A stretch of 30,507 nucleotides of DNA from a virus. Its lineage: Duplodnaviria; Caudoviricetes. The notes under the pieces are model-generated. The model was not told the origin of the DNA and ran no database searches. It saw only the letters and a program-made list of their open reading frames with translations. Position numbers and translations under genes: made by a program. Within the stretch, counting starts at the first letter, position 1, and every line of letters starts with the position of its first letter. Location: positions 1-30,507 of IMG/VR virus record IMGVR_UViG_3300032225_000487; one strand, 5' to 3'. This document shows, piece by piece, positions 9,500-17,306 of the stretch.

Positions 9500-10192
9500 A
9501 TTGATCCAATCTCCCTTTTGTTTGCCGCCAATGCTTGTGTTGCAGCAATCAAAGAGGGTTGCGAGCTTTACAAGCAGGTCAAGACTTCCTTTATGGAAGT
9601 TAAATCGACAGTTGAAGAAGCGGTTGGGATTGGACAAGAAGCATACGGGTTTTGGCGGCAACTTACAGGGTTCTTTAATAAGAATCCCAAGCCATCCACC
9701 AAGCCTGTGGAAAAAAAGAAAGAAAAGTATGTTCGAGTTGATGAAACTCAAGTCAAGGTCAACATTGTCAAACAACTCACTGAATTTTTCCGTATCCAAG
9801 AGCAACTTGCTGCTCACATAAGAGAGGAAGAAGAAAAGTCTAGAAGCGTTTACGATCCTGACCAAAACCACATGGAAGCCGCCCTAAACAGGGTTATGGC
9901 TCAACAGCAAATGGCTGAGTTGGTTGTTCAGATTCGTGAGTGCATGGTGTACCAGAGTCCTCCAGAGATGGGTGCTTTGTACTCTGAAGTGTTTGAGATG
10001 AGAGAGATAATTCAAGAGGAGCAAGAACAGGCTAGATTGAAGCAAGAAGCACAAGAGAGGTACAGGGAATGGCTACGCAAGGACAGGCAAAGAAACTTCC
10101 AAGCAAAGTCGGCGTACCTAGTAATAACAGGAATATTCCTCCTCTATATATGGATGTGGCTAATATTCGTAAGCCAGTTGAGGAGGATATAG
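9500..10192 (+). CDS. Coiled-coil membrane protein of the lysis region; probable ATT start (M)DPISLLFAA
   Basis: Long ORF with a C-terminal TM helix. AAGGA at 9489-9493 lies 6 nt before an in-frame ATT; the ORF track start TTG 9518 has no RBS. Confidence 0.65.
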   Translation: MDPISLLFAANACVAAIKEGCELYKQVKTSFMEVKSTVEEAVGIGQEAYGFWRQLTGFFNKNPKPSTKPVEKKKEKYVRVDETQVKVNIVKQLTEFFRIQEQLAAHIREEEEKSRSVYDPDQNHMEAALNRVMAQQQMAELVVQIRECMVYQSPPEMGALYSEVFEMREIIQEEQEQARLKQEAQERYREWLRKDRQRNFQAKSAYLVITGIFLLYIWMWLIFVSQLRRI

Positions 10193-10413
10193 TGGGATGG
10201 ATTGCTGCTTGTATTTTGGTTGCCTTGATGCTCCCTTTGGGTGCAATGTTGTATTTAGACATTCTGGACGCAAAGAATGAAACTAAAAATGCTTTAGATA
10301 AAATTGAGAAAATTGAGAAACGTATTGAAAGGAAACAACGTGATAAAGATCGTAAAGAGCCTGATACTATTAGCGACAATCCTATATTTGACAGGGTGCG
10401 AAGACCGTTTTAG
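10192..10413 (+). CDS. N-terminal TM plus coiled-coil protein (i-spanin-like or holin-associated)
   Basis: Strong AGGAGGA RBS just before GTG 10192; MGWIAACILVALMLPLGAMLYL followed by a charged coiled coil. Confidence 0.6.
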   Translation: MGWIAACILVALMLPLGAMLYLDILDAKNETKNALDKIEKIEKRIERKQRDKDRKEPDTISDNPIFDRVRRPF

Positions 10414-10528
10414 GTATCCTTGCCAAAACCCTCAGAACTGGTCTAGTGCTGAATGTAAACCCCCAATCTGTACCGCTACAGGTACTTGCCCTGAACAACT
10501 CGTAACACCCGAAAAGGAGAAAAAGTAA
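10340..10528 (+). CDS. Cys-rich lipoprotein (o-spanin-like)
   Basis: AAGGA RBS then GTG; signal peptide with lipobox LTG-C; four further Cys; overlaps the upstream gene in another frame. Confidence 0.7.
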   Translation: MIKIVKSLILLATILYLTGCEDRFRYPCQNPQNWSSAECKPPICTATGTCPEQLVTPEKEKK

Positions 10529-10848
10529 TGCCTACCATCGTTATGAACAAAAATAACCGCCTAACTCCTGAAGAAATTGAAGTCAGGATTTGGGCTATTG
10601 TCATCTTCTCCTTGACGATGATTCTCCTTGGCTCTGTAGCTATGTTCTTGTATAGCGTTTCATTTGTGACTCAGCCTATGAATGGCATGGCAGCGATAGA
10701 TAAAGTCTATACACAGCAGATTAATACCATCATGGTCTTCATCACTGGTGTACTTGGTGGTGTAGCTGGTCGTAGTGCTGTCTCAGCCAGTGCCAAGGCA
10801 ATTGCCAAGGCAGAGGCTACAGACAATGATGAGCCTCCAACACCATGA
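10528..10848 (+). CDS. Putative holin with two TM segments
   Basis: Two hydrophobic helices, inside the lysis cassette. Confidence 0.55.
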   Translation: MPTIVMNKNNRLTPEEIEVRIWAIVIFSLTMILLGSVAMFLYSVSFVTQPMNGMAAIDKVYTQQINTIMVFITGVLGGVAGRSAVSASAKAIAKAEATDNDEPPTP

Positions 10849-11327
10849 GTCTATTTAATCCTTGGGTGCTGTTGGCTATCTTGATAGCTATCTGCTCATC
10901 CTTTGGCAGTGGATACTATAAAGGTGGGCAAGATGAGTTTGCTAAACAGCAGATGGAGATTGCCCGACTTAATGCAGAGGCTAGACAAAAAGAACAGGCA
11001 TTAGTGTCTGCTGTAAACAACACTTCAAATAAACTTGCAAAGGCAAATTATGAAGCCAAACTTCAAACTCAAAAGTTGCATTCTGCTATTGACTCTGGAA
11101 CTTTCAAGTTGCGGATTCCTGTCAAAGCAGCCAACTGCCCCGTACCAACCGCCACAGATACCGCCCCTACCAGCGGAGATAGCGTTCAAGCAACAGCCGA
11201 ACTTGACGGAACGATTGCTAAATCTCTTGTCGCCATCACAGACCAAGGAGATGCCAACACAAGGCAACTCAACGCCTGTATTGATGCCTACAACTCAGTC
11301 TACCAAACCTTGAAAGGAAAACCATGA
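10845..11327 (+). CDS. rz: Rz-like inner-membrane spanin
   Basis: N-terminal TM, coiled coil, LRIPV motif and C-terminal 'AELD...QLNACIDAY' typical of lambda-type Rz. Confidence 0.8.
   Translation: MSLFNPWVLLAILIAICSSFGSGYYKGGQDEFAKQQMEIARLNAEARQKEQALVSAVNNTSNKLAKANYEAKLQTQKLHSAIDSGTFKLRIPVKAANCPVPTATDTAPTSGDSVQATAELDGTIAKSLVAITDQGDANTRQLNACIDAYNSVYQTLKGKP
11050..11313 (+). CDS. rz1: Rz1-like outer-membrane lipoprotein spanin embedded in Rz
   Basis: +1 frame inside Rz; MKPNFKLKSCILLLTLELSS-C lipobox followed by a Pro-rich segment (PYQPPQIPPLP). Confidence 0.7.
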   Translation: MKPNFKLKSCILLLTLELSSCGFLSKQPTAPYQPPQIPPLPAEIAFKQQPNLTERLLNLLSPSQTKEMPTQGNSTPVLMPTTQSTKP

Positions 11328-11788
11328 ACTTATCAGCCAACTTCACCCTCAAAGAACTCACCAAGTCTGATACTGCCACTCGCTTAGGTATCGACAATAC
11401 GCCTGATGACGCAACCATTGAGAACCTGAAGTTATTGTGCGAGATGGTTCTGCAACCTGTGCGTGAGCATTTTGGCAAGTTGGTGACTGTGAACTCTGGC
11501 TATCGTAGTCCTGAGAGTAATGCGGCTGTGGGTGGTTCTAAGACCTCAGATCACTGCAAAGGTCAAGCTGCTGATATTGAGATTGATGGGTTGCCCAATC
11601 CTGAACTGGCTCAATGGATTATGGATAACCTTGACTACACACAATTGATCTTAGAGTTTTACACCCAAGGTCAACCAAACTCAGGTTGGGTTCATGTAAG
11701 TTATGACCCTAACAACCTGAAGAAACAAGAATTGACTGCTGTCAAAGTTGCTGGCAAGACTACTTATCTAAATGGTTTACAAGCTTAG
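11324..11788 (+). CDS. Endolysin, peptidase M15A family (Zn peptidase)
   Basis: SGYR..N.AVGGSKTSDHCKGQAADI and WVHVSY motifs. Confidence 0.9.
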   Translation: MNLSANFTLKELTKSDTATRLGIDNTPDDATIENLKLLCEMVLQPVREHFGKLVTVNSGYRSPESNAAVGGSKTSDHCKGQAADIEIDGLPNPELAQWIMDNLDYTQLILEFYTQGQPNSGWVHVSYDPNNLKKQELTAVKVAGKTTYLNGLQA

Positions 11789-11797
11789 TTAAGCAAA

Positions 11798-11820
11798 CTG
11801 TCACAAATATGCGTCAACAT
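11798..11820 (+). promoter_or_regulatory. Putative Pho-box-type promoter
   Basis: CTGTCAC, 10 nt, then CAACAT (-10-like), upstream of the phosphoesterase gene; only one good half-site. Confidence 0.35.
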
Positions 11821-11843
11821 TACGTTTTTTACAAGGCGCATAT

Positions 11844-12794
11844 ATGAAACTGAATGACCAAGAATTCCTTGAATTGTGGAAACAGTATCAGTCAGCGACT
11901 CACATGGCGACAGCTACTGGGATGAATATCAGGAATATTTCTCGTAGGCGTAGAGCTTTAGAGATCAAATATGGTGAGTCTTTAGAAGCAAAAAAACCTA
12001 TACAAACTATATCTACAAAACCTAGCGCAGCCCGTAAGGATTTAGGAATTTTAAACGGCGTGGTAATTATTTTCAGTGATGCTCACTTCTGGCCGGGCAT
12101 TCATACAACAGCATTTAAAGGTCTTTTGTGGGCTATTAAAGAGTTTAAACCTGTGGCAGTTATTGCTAACGGCGACATTTTTGATGGGGCTAGTATCTCT
12201 CGTTATCCGAGGATTGGATGGGATTCTGTACCATCTGTAATTCAAGAACTCAAAGCCTGTGAAATAGCAATGGGTGAGATTGAAGATGTAGCCAAGAAGA
12301 CACGACACAATATGCAGTTAATTTGGACACTTGGAAACCATGACGCTAGGTTTGAGAATCGTCTAGCTGCTAACGCACCACAGTATGAATTTGTTAAAGG
12401 GTTTTCCCTTAAAGACCATTTTCCTGCATGGCATCCATGTTGGGCGTGTTGGCCTACTGACAATACGATTGTCAAGCACCGCTGGAAAGGCGGAGTTCAT
12501 GCCACACACAACAACACTGTCAATGCTGGCGTAAACATCGTCACAGGGCATCTACACAGCCTTAAAGTGACTCCTTTTGATGATTACAACGGTACAAGGT
12601 TTGGCGTGGATACAGGCACTTTGGCAGAGCCAACAGGCGCACAATTTGAGAACTACCTTGAGCTATCACCTACTAACTGGCGGTCTGGATTTGCTATTCT
12701 GACGTTCCATGATGGACGTTTGTTGTGGCCTGAACTTGTCCATACATGGGCAGATGGTCAAGTTGAGTTTAGAGGCAAGATACACAATGTCTGA
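11844..12794 (+). CDS. Calcineurin-like metallophosphoesterase with an N-terminal HTH-like segment
   Basis: SDAH, GDIFD, GNHD and GHLH motifs. Confidence 0.85.
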   Translation: MKLNDQEFLELWKQYQSATHMATATGMNIRNISRRRRALEIKYGESLEAKKPIQTISTKPSAARKDLGILNGVVIIFSDAHFWPGIHTTAFKGLLWAIKEFKPVAVIANGDIFDGASISRYPRIGWDSVPSVIQELKACEIAMGEIEDVAKKTRHNMQLIWTLGNHDARFENRLAANAPQYEFVKGFSLKDHFPAWHPCWACWPTDNTIVKHRWKGGVHATHNNTVNAGVNIVTGHLHSLKVTPFDDYNGTRFGVDTGTLAEPTGAQFENYLELSPTNWRSGFAILTFHDGRLLWPELVHTWADGQVEFRGKIHNV

Positions 12795-12827
12795 TTTAGA
12801 CTTGTTCGCCATTTGCAAATAGCGAAT

Positions 12828-12853
12828 AAAAAAAGGGGGCAATTAAGCCCCCT
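12828..12853 (-). terminator. Rho-independent terminator between convergent operons
   Basis: AGGGGGC-AATTAA-GCCCCCT hairpin followed by a T-run on the minus strand. Confidence 0.8.
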
Positions 12854-12880
12854 GCAATAAACAACTGCATGGGTAGTATA

Positions 12881-13141
12881 TCAGCCTACCAGTTCCCATA
12901 CAAGACCATCTTCATCTTCAACGATGTCGCCGACAGCGTATTCACCATTTTCTTCTTCTACTTCTTCTTCTTCGCCATCATAGTCTTCAACTAAGTCATA
13001 GTCAGCAGCCCAACCATGTTCTTTTTGGAATTCAACGAATTCTTGAATGATTTGAGCTTTGTCAAAATCAGCCGTTTGAATAGTCACTGTTTGGTCTTCG
13101 TCCCATGACCAATCGCCAATGTCAATCACAACCTTGTACAT
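12881..13141 (-). CDS. Highly acidic small protein
   Basis: About one third D/E, 3 Lys, no Arg; GGAG RBS. Confidence 0.75.
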   Translation of the reverse strand: MYKVVIDIGDWSWDEDQTVTIQTADFDKAQIIQEFVEFQKEHGWAADYDLVEDYDGEEEEVEEENGEYAVGDIVEDEDGLVWELVG

Positions 13142-13183
13142 AATATTCTCCTGAAAAATGAATGCGGAAGATCCCGCAAAACC

Positions 13184-13206
13184 ACTTTATCCCAAAAATA
13201 TGACAG
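13184..13206 (-). promoter_or_regulatory. Putative Pho-box-type promoter
   Basis: Minus strand reads CTGTCAT, 10 nt, TAAAGT, upstream of the acidic protein gene. Confidence 0.4.
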
Positions 13207-13305
13207 TTACTCACCAATAAATAAAATAAAAAAGAATACTCCTAAAATACCAACAAATGTTCCAATAGCTAATAACAAAATTATCATTATTGTGTTTGTA
13301 ATCAC
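13207..13305 (-). CDS. Single-TM micropeptide, 32 aa (absent from ORF track)
   Basis: GGAG RBS, GTG start; MITNTIMIILLLAIGTFVGILGVFFFILFIGE. Confidence 0.6.
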   Translation of the reverse strand: MITNTIMIILLLAIGTFVGILGVFFFILFIGE

Positions 13306-13321
13306 TTTGTTTCTCCAATCT

Positions 13322-13669
13322 TTAAGAGTTGCATTTGACTTGCCATTCACGCTCATTGCGACCAGATTTAGACTTGACTGTTTGACCTGTCAACTCAATC
13401 AAATCCATTTTGGACAATTCTTTTAAGCGTCTTGATACTTGACTTGAATCTAAACCTGTCTGCTTGGCTATGCCATCTTTTCCAAGCGCACCATGATTCT
13501 TCAGGCACTCCACAATTATTTTGAAATGCTTGGATGCCAAATCTTTAGCTGCATCAGCCGCTTCATAGCTTGTGATTGGGTCAGAATTTCTAGCCCGACC
13601 AAAAATAGGTAAGTTAAAGAATTTTTTCACTTCACCGCCAAAATGTATATTATCTAATTTACTCATCAT
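13322..13669 (-). CDS. Winged-HTH (MarR-like) DNA-binding protein
   Basis: RARNSDPITS motif; HTH 'KDGIAKQTGLDSSQVSRRLKEL' and wing 'KSKSGRNEREW'. Confidence 0.75.
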   Translation of the reverse strand: MMSKLDNIHFGGEVKKFFNLPIFGRARNSDPITSYEAADAAKDLASKHFKIIVECLKNHGALGKDGIAKQTGLDSSQVSRRLKELSKMDLIELTGQTVKSKSGRNEREWQVKCNS

Positions 13670-13722
13670 TCACTCCTGTTAAGTTAGTGGGTACTCACTT
13701 ACGCTTTCCCCATTGAATTACA

Positions 13723-13968
13723 TCAAAAAGGGATGTCATCATCCAAGTCATCAAAACCAGCTTTAGGCTTGTTTTGAGGCTGGCTTGCTTGTTCTTCTTT
13801 AGGGCTTACAGCTAATCCCATGAACTTACCGTTCTTTCCCTCTTTTACCCATGCTGAGAGCCAGAATTCCTGACCAGCAACCCGAATGTTTCCTTTGTAA
13901 TCAGGATGACTGTCTTTTTCTTTCTTATCGTTCTTAAACAATACACCTGAATTGTCACGCTGTTCCAT
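13723..13968 (-). CDS. Small single-stranded DNA-binding protein
   Basis: NSGVLFKN..K...HPDYKG...WLSAW; acidic C-terminal tail DDDIPF; adjacent to recombination genes. Confidence 0.75.
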   Translation of the reverse strand: MEQRDNSGVLFKNDKKEKDSHPDYKGNIRVAGQEFWLSAWVKEGKNGKFMGLAVSPKEEQASQPQNKPKAGFDDLDDDIPF

Positions 13969-13970
13969 AT

Positions 13971-14591
13971 TTACACCTTAATTTCATTGAGTTTTTTAAC
14001 TTTGTCTTCCACTTCCATTAAGAACTGGACTACCTCTTTTTCGAGTTGTTCAATGTATTCATCATTGCGCTCGATCCTTTTGACAAACAGTTGTAAATGC
14101 GATGGCATCCGTGGGTCGAAACTCACGAAATCACACCAACTTCTGTTTGTACATGAAAGTTGCCACTGGATCTGGTCGTAATACTTCTTTGCGGGTTCAT
14201 CACCAAGAATAGTGTCTATGTGTGTTGCTGTGTTTGGACACTTGATCTCTAGGCATCCATCATCACCCACAAGGCCATCAGGAGAAGCAGCAGACATGGC
14301 AATCCTTGGATGGTCAATAGCACCTACCTGATCGACCATATTGCCTGTTTTAGCCTCGTATGCGGCACGAGCAAAAGTTTCGTTCTCGATACCCCATTCC
14401 ATAGCGGCATTGGTGTAAGACTCTGCTACTTGATTAGTCATGCGCTCGACTACCAACTGTGCCATGTAGTTAGCTCTGCTTGTGCTGTAACCTGTCTTGG
14501 TCTTGGCAACAATGTCAGAGATGCGAGATGCTGTAGCTTTGCCACAACGCTGTGCAAACCATTCTGGTGAGCCTTGTTCAACTTCACTCAT
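13971..14591 (-). CDS. YqaJ / lambda-exonuclease family recombination exonuclease
   Basis: [27 protein letters not shown] and Y..QIQWQ motifs. Confidence 0.92.
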   Translation of the reverse strand: MSEVEQGSPEWFAQRCGKATASRISDIVAKTKTGYSTSRANYMAQLVVERMTNQVAESYTNAAMEWGIENETFARAAYEAKTGNMVDQVGAIDHPRIAMSAASPDGLVGDDGCLEIKCPNTATHIDTILGDEPAKKYYDQIQWQLSCTNRSWCDFVSFDPRMPSHLQLFVKRIERNDEYIEQLEKEVVQFLMEVEDKVKKLNEIKV

Positions 14592-15145
14592 TTCAATGCT
14601 CCTTTGCGCTTTTCCTTGGCATCAATTACTTTCTTTTGCCAGCCTTTATCAGCACCGCAAGCAGTGTAAGCAACAGTGTAGACATTCTTCAATTCCTCAA
14701 GTGTGGCTGCTGAATCAATTGCTGCCAAGTGGTCAATCATTGTGTTCACATCAAGGTCAGACTCACCCTCTGGCAAATCTTCGCCTGCATAGATATACAA
14801 ACCCAAACCATGTAAAGACAAAGCCTTGGTCATGCATCGCATGATGGCAGTATTGACCGCAAACGCATCGGGACTGGGGATTGCTTTGTTCTTGTAGTCC
14901 ATCACTGGTAATTGGCAAGTCATTGGTTTGCCAAACATAGTGACTGTGACGAACACCATTGCAGTGCCGTTTATGTCCATGAAACACTTATCGCCAAACA
15001 TCTCAATCTTGTATATAGCATCTGGATCAGCCTTGAGAGCTTCTGCCCATGCCCACGCCCATGAAAGATATGTCAAATTTCCTTTCTTCTCAGTATGTTC
15101 ATTGACATTCTTACTGATAAGACTTAACACCTGTTCTTGATTCAT
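14588..15145 (-). CDS. Single-strand annealing protein, Sak3/DUF1071 family
   Basis: NVNEHTEKKGNLTYLSWAWAW and MRCMTKALSLHGLGLYIYAGED; start placed at the ATG following GGAG. Confidence 0.85.
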   Translation of the reverse strand: MNQEQVLSLISKNVNEHTEKKGNLTYLSWAWAWAEALKADPDAIYKIEMFGDKCFMDINGTAMVFVTVTMFGKPMTCQLPVMDYKNKAIPSPDAFAVNTAIMRCMTKALSLHGLGLYIYAGEDLPEGESDLDVNTMIDHLAAIDSAATLEELKNVYTVAYTACGADKGWQKKVIDAKEKRKGALK

Positions 15146-15147
15146 TT

Positions 15148-15342
15148 TCACTCCTGTTTAAAAGTATCATTTAAGATTTGTTGTGCTTCTTTGTTTACTG
15201 CCCACATACCTAGAAGCGTTAGGTCGCTGTGGATTGCTGAAAGCGTTTGAAAAAATCCTTGTAGTTCATTCTTCAAGCACTTATCTGACAATTTTTTGGT
15301 GTTTTGCTCAATTCTCATGAGTATGGTTGCGTAATCAAACAC
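15148..15342 (-). CDS. Hypothetical protein, 64 aa
   Basis: CAGGAG RBS before GTG 15342 (MFDYATILMRIEQ...); overlaps the upstream stop. Confidence 0.55.
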   Translation of the reverse strand: MFDYATILMRIEQNTKKLSDKCLKNELQGFFQTLSAIHSDLTLLGMWAVNKEAQQILNDTFKQE

Positions 15343-15550
15343 TGGTTTCTCCTGAGTCTGTCTTTTTCTGTTGAATGATTGTTTTACAGATAGAGAATTG
15401 GGTATCAAAATCAAAGTCTCGCAATTTGAAGAACTCGCCAGAGCACTCGCAGGTCTTTGAAAGTGTTGCTTTAGGTTTTGTACAAAATTGGCAAAAATAT
15501 TCATCTTGGTTGTCCTCTATAAAGTTTGCTATTGAATTTTTTATTTTCAT
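15335..15550 (-). CDS. Hypothetical Zn-finger-like protein
   Basis: CQFC...CEC motif; operon context. Confidence 0.6.
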   Translation of the reverse strand: MKIKNSIANFIEDNQDEYFCQFCTKPKATLSKTCECSGEFFKLRDFDFDTQFSICKTIIQQKKTDSGETSV

Positions 15551-15553
15551 GAT

Positions 15554-15916
15554 TTACTCATCAAACATTTGTTGAAACTGGGCATCCATCTTAATTTTGA
15601 GGTCGTTCTCTTTTTCAATACGTTGCTTTTCAAGAGCAAGTCTTGATGCTTCACGCAACACCCAGAGATTACGCAATTCACGCAATTCTTCATCGTCATC
15701 AATCCAAGGGGTTTGTACCATGCCATGAAAAGATAACTCTGCCAGTCGTGTAATCTTGGTGTTTACACGTCTTTTAAGAAGCTCTAAGGCATCATTCCAA
15801 TCACCTTGCTTGATTGCTAAGGGAATGGCTACAGAGCCTTGTATGGCATCCATAATGTCTTCATCATTTAACTGCTGTTGAGCAGCCCACTTTGCTCTTT
15901 CAAATACTTCTATCAT
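15554..15916 (-). CDS. Hypothetical protein
   Basis: 120 aa ORF with GGAG RBS. Confidence 0.7.
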   Translation of the reverse strand: MIEVFERAKWAAQQQLNDEDIMDAIQGSVAIPLAIKQGDWNDALELLKRRVNTKITRLAELSFHGMVQTPWIDDDEELRELRNLWVLREASRLALEKQRIEKENDLKIKMDAQFQQMFDE

Positions 15917-15956
15917 TTTTCACTCCTGTTTAAAAGTTATCAACCTATCTATTCTG

Positions 15957-16142
15957 TCAGACGCTATCATAATTGATATAGGGAGTTTCCCTAATACACC
16001 TATGAAGTGCTGACAACTGTTTGTTAGTGAACACTTTCCCGCAACCCAAGCAAAGCCAAGCAATTCCCATAACCACATCGGTTTTTTTGTTGCCTTTTGA
16101 GCCTCGTTCTCTGCCGTAGAAAGTGCGTATTTGCTGAATCAT
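15957..16142 (-). CDS. Small C2H2-like zinc-finger protein
   Basis: CLGCGKVF...HRC; ATGA coupling. Confidence 0.6.
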   Translation of the reverse strand: MIQQIRTFYGRERGSKGNKKTDVVMGIAWLCLGCGKVFTNKQLSALHRCIRETPYINYDSV

Positions 16143-16309
16143 TTTTTACTTGACAATGCTTTTGAATAGATAAAGACCTGATTTTTGTAGTTAATATCTT
16201 GTTTTTCTTGTAGTTTCTTGGCGTGATCCTCACCTTGTTTGAATCGCTTGAGCTTCTTATCTGTTGTCCAGATTGAGGGTTGGCCTTTGTAATCAAATGC
16301 TGTGGTCAT
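16139..16309 (-). CDS. Hypothetical basic protein, 56 aa (absent from ORF track)
   Basis: MTTAFDYKGQPSIWTTDKKLKRFKQGEDHAKK...ALSSKK; AGGAG RBS; ATGA overlaps on both sides. Confidence 0.7.
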   Translation of the reverse strand: MTTAFDYKGQPSIWTTDKKLKRFKQGEDHAKKLQEKQDINYKNQVFIYSKALSSKK

Positions 16310-16551
16310 GTGTTCTTCTCCTTTTTAAACTCAACATAGGCATCAGCAAATTTAACCTTTTCCTCTTGTTGAACAAGATGCCTGAATTTGGCAAGGGCAA
16401 TCCACATTAAAGTAACTTTGCGTCCACTCCAATCATTGCCATACTCAACAGCAAAATCAGGCATAACGAATCCTGCATCTGCTGCAAGACATTTCAGTTC
16501 GTCATCTGGTCGGTAGGAATCAATAGATTCTCTGTTCAACAAAGGCTTCAT
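16306..16551 (-). CDS. Hypothetical protein
   Basis: ATGA-coupled ORF in the leftward operon. Confidence 0.65.
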   Translation of the reverse strand: MKPLLNRESIDSYRPDDELKCLAADAGFVMPDFAVEYGNDWSGRKVTLMWIALAKFRHLVQQEEKVKFADAYVEFKKEKNT

Positions 16552-16724
16552 TTCTTCATGTTCCTTATGTAGATGCCAAGCGAATCAATGGTGTCATTGC
16601 CAAATCCTTTCATTTTTTCAATCTCTTTAGCAACTTCTTCAATAACGTTATTGCGAAGTTCATCGTAAAACTCTTGTTGAGTCTTAGGTTTTTGCAAAAC
16701 AGTGGGTTTGTTAAATTTACTCAT
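16548..16724 (-). CDS. Hypothetical protein (MSKFNKP...LRNNVIEEVAKEIEK)
   Basis: Start overlaps the stop of the upstream ORF. Confidence 0.65.
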   Translation of the reverse strand: MSKFNKPTVLQKPKTQQEFYDELRNNVIEEVAKEIEKMKGFGNDTIDSLGIYIRNMKK

Positions 16725-16896
16725 CGCCATAACTTTCTTCAAGGGTTTTATCATCTAAGTAAAACCAAGAATTACAGCCACGGCAATGGTATGTATCCTC
16801 CTCTAAAAATAATGCACCGCCACATCCGATAAATGGGCATTTATCACGGCTTTCATCAGCAAACAAGGGTTTCCAAGAAGATTCGGATTGTTTCAT
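16717..16896 (-). CDS. Zinc-ribbon protein, 59 aa (absent from ORF track); first gene of the leftward operon
   Basis: MKQSESSWKPLFADESRDKCPFIGCGG...YHCRGCNSWF; AAAGGTG RBS. Confidence 0.7.
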   Translation of the reverse strand: MKQSESSWKPLFADESRDKCPFIGCGGALFLEEDTYHCRGCNSWFYLDDKTLEESYGDE

Positions 16897-16920
16897 TTGA
16901 CACCTTTCAAGTTGTTAAGA

Positions 16921-16990
16921 TTGTAGTGTATTACACAATATATAATGTAGGACATTAGGATTTTCCCTAATTGTCAAACTGTATGACACA
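16921..16990. promoter_or_regulatory. Divergent promoter/operator region with three TGTA-KK-ACA sites
   Basis: TGTATTACA 16927, TGTAGGACA 16946, TGTATGACA 16980; TATAAT at 16941; lies between divergent operons. Confidence 0.6.
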
Positions 16991-17029
16991 AACAACAATG
17001 TGTTTTCTTTCAACCAACATACAAAATTC

Positions 17030-17203
17030 ATGCCTAGACCACCATCAGAACTAACAGGATCAACCATTCAAATTGCAGTCAGGGTGACTCAACCTTTAAA
17101 AGATGAATTCAAGAGTCTGGGAGGTGCAATGTGGTTGCGTAAATTGCTTGCCAATGCCATTGAGCAAAGGAAAAACAGAGAAGCAGAGTTTGATAAGAAG
17201 TGA
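17030..17203 (+). CDS. Arc/CopG-like ribbon-helix-helix regulator
   Basis: MPRP...IQIAVRVTQPLKDEF..LGG..WLR: beta-strand then helices; first gene of the rightward operon. Confidence 0.6.
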   Translation: MPRPPSELTGSTIQIAVRVTQPLKDEFKSLGGAMWLRKLLANAIEQRKNREAEFDKK

Positions 17204-17214
17204 TATAGTCATGC

Positions 17215-17283
17215 GAAACGTGGCTAGGGTAGCTCCCGAAAAGACGATTCGTTACCGTCCTGCCTATGTTTCCTCAGTAACGA
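17215..17283 (+). ncRNA. Structured leader/ncRNA upstream of the replication initiator
   Basis: Closing stem 17215-24/17262-72; inner hairpins GGG/CCC and GACG/CGTC; loop TCGTTAC is complementary to GTAACGA at 17277-83; extended -10 TGaTATAGT at 17201. Confidence 0.6.
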
Positions 17284-17306
17284 CAACCAAGAACGTAAGG
17301 TTTATT

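Noticed and set aside
9477-9821. 114-aa alternate-frame ORF over the lysis-region gene
   Set aside because: Basic, low-information sequence typical of an off-frame read; no motif support.
15343-15504. Upstream extension of the 15148 ORF
   Set aside because: Overlaps the Zn-finger gene; there is a better RBS at GTG 15342.
16979-16994. LexA SOS box at the switch
   Set aside because: CTGT-N8 is not followed by ACAG.
17103-17306. N-terminal extension of the replication ORF in the track
   Set aside because: Overlaps the RHH gene and the structured RNA; the conserved-looking domain begins at ATG 17307.
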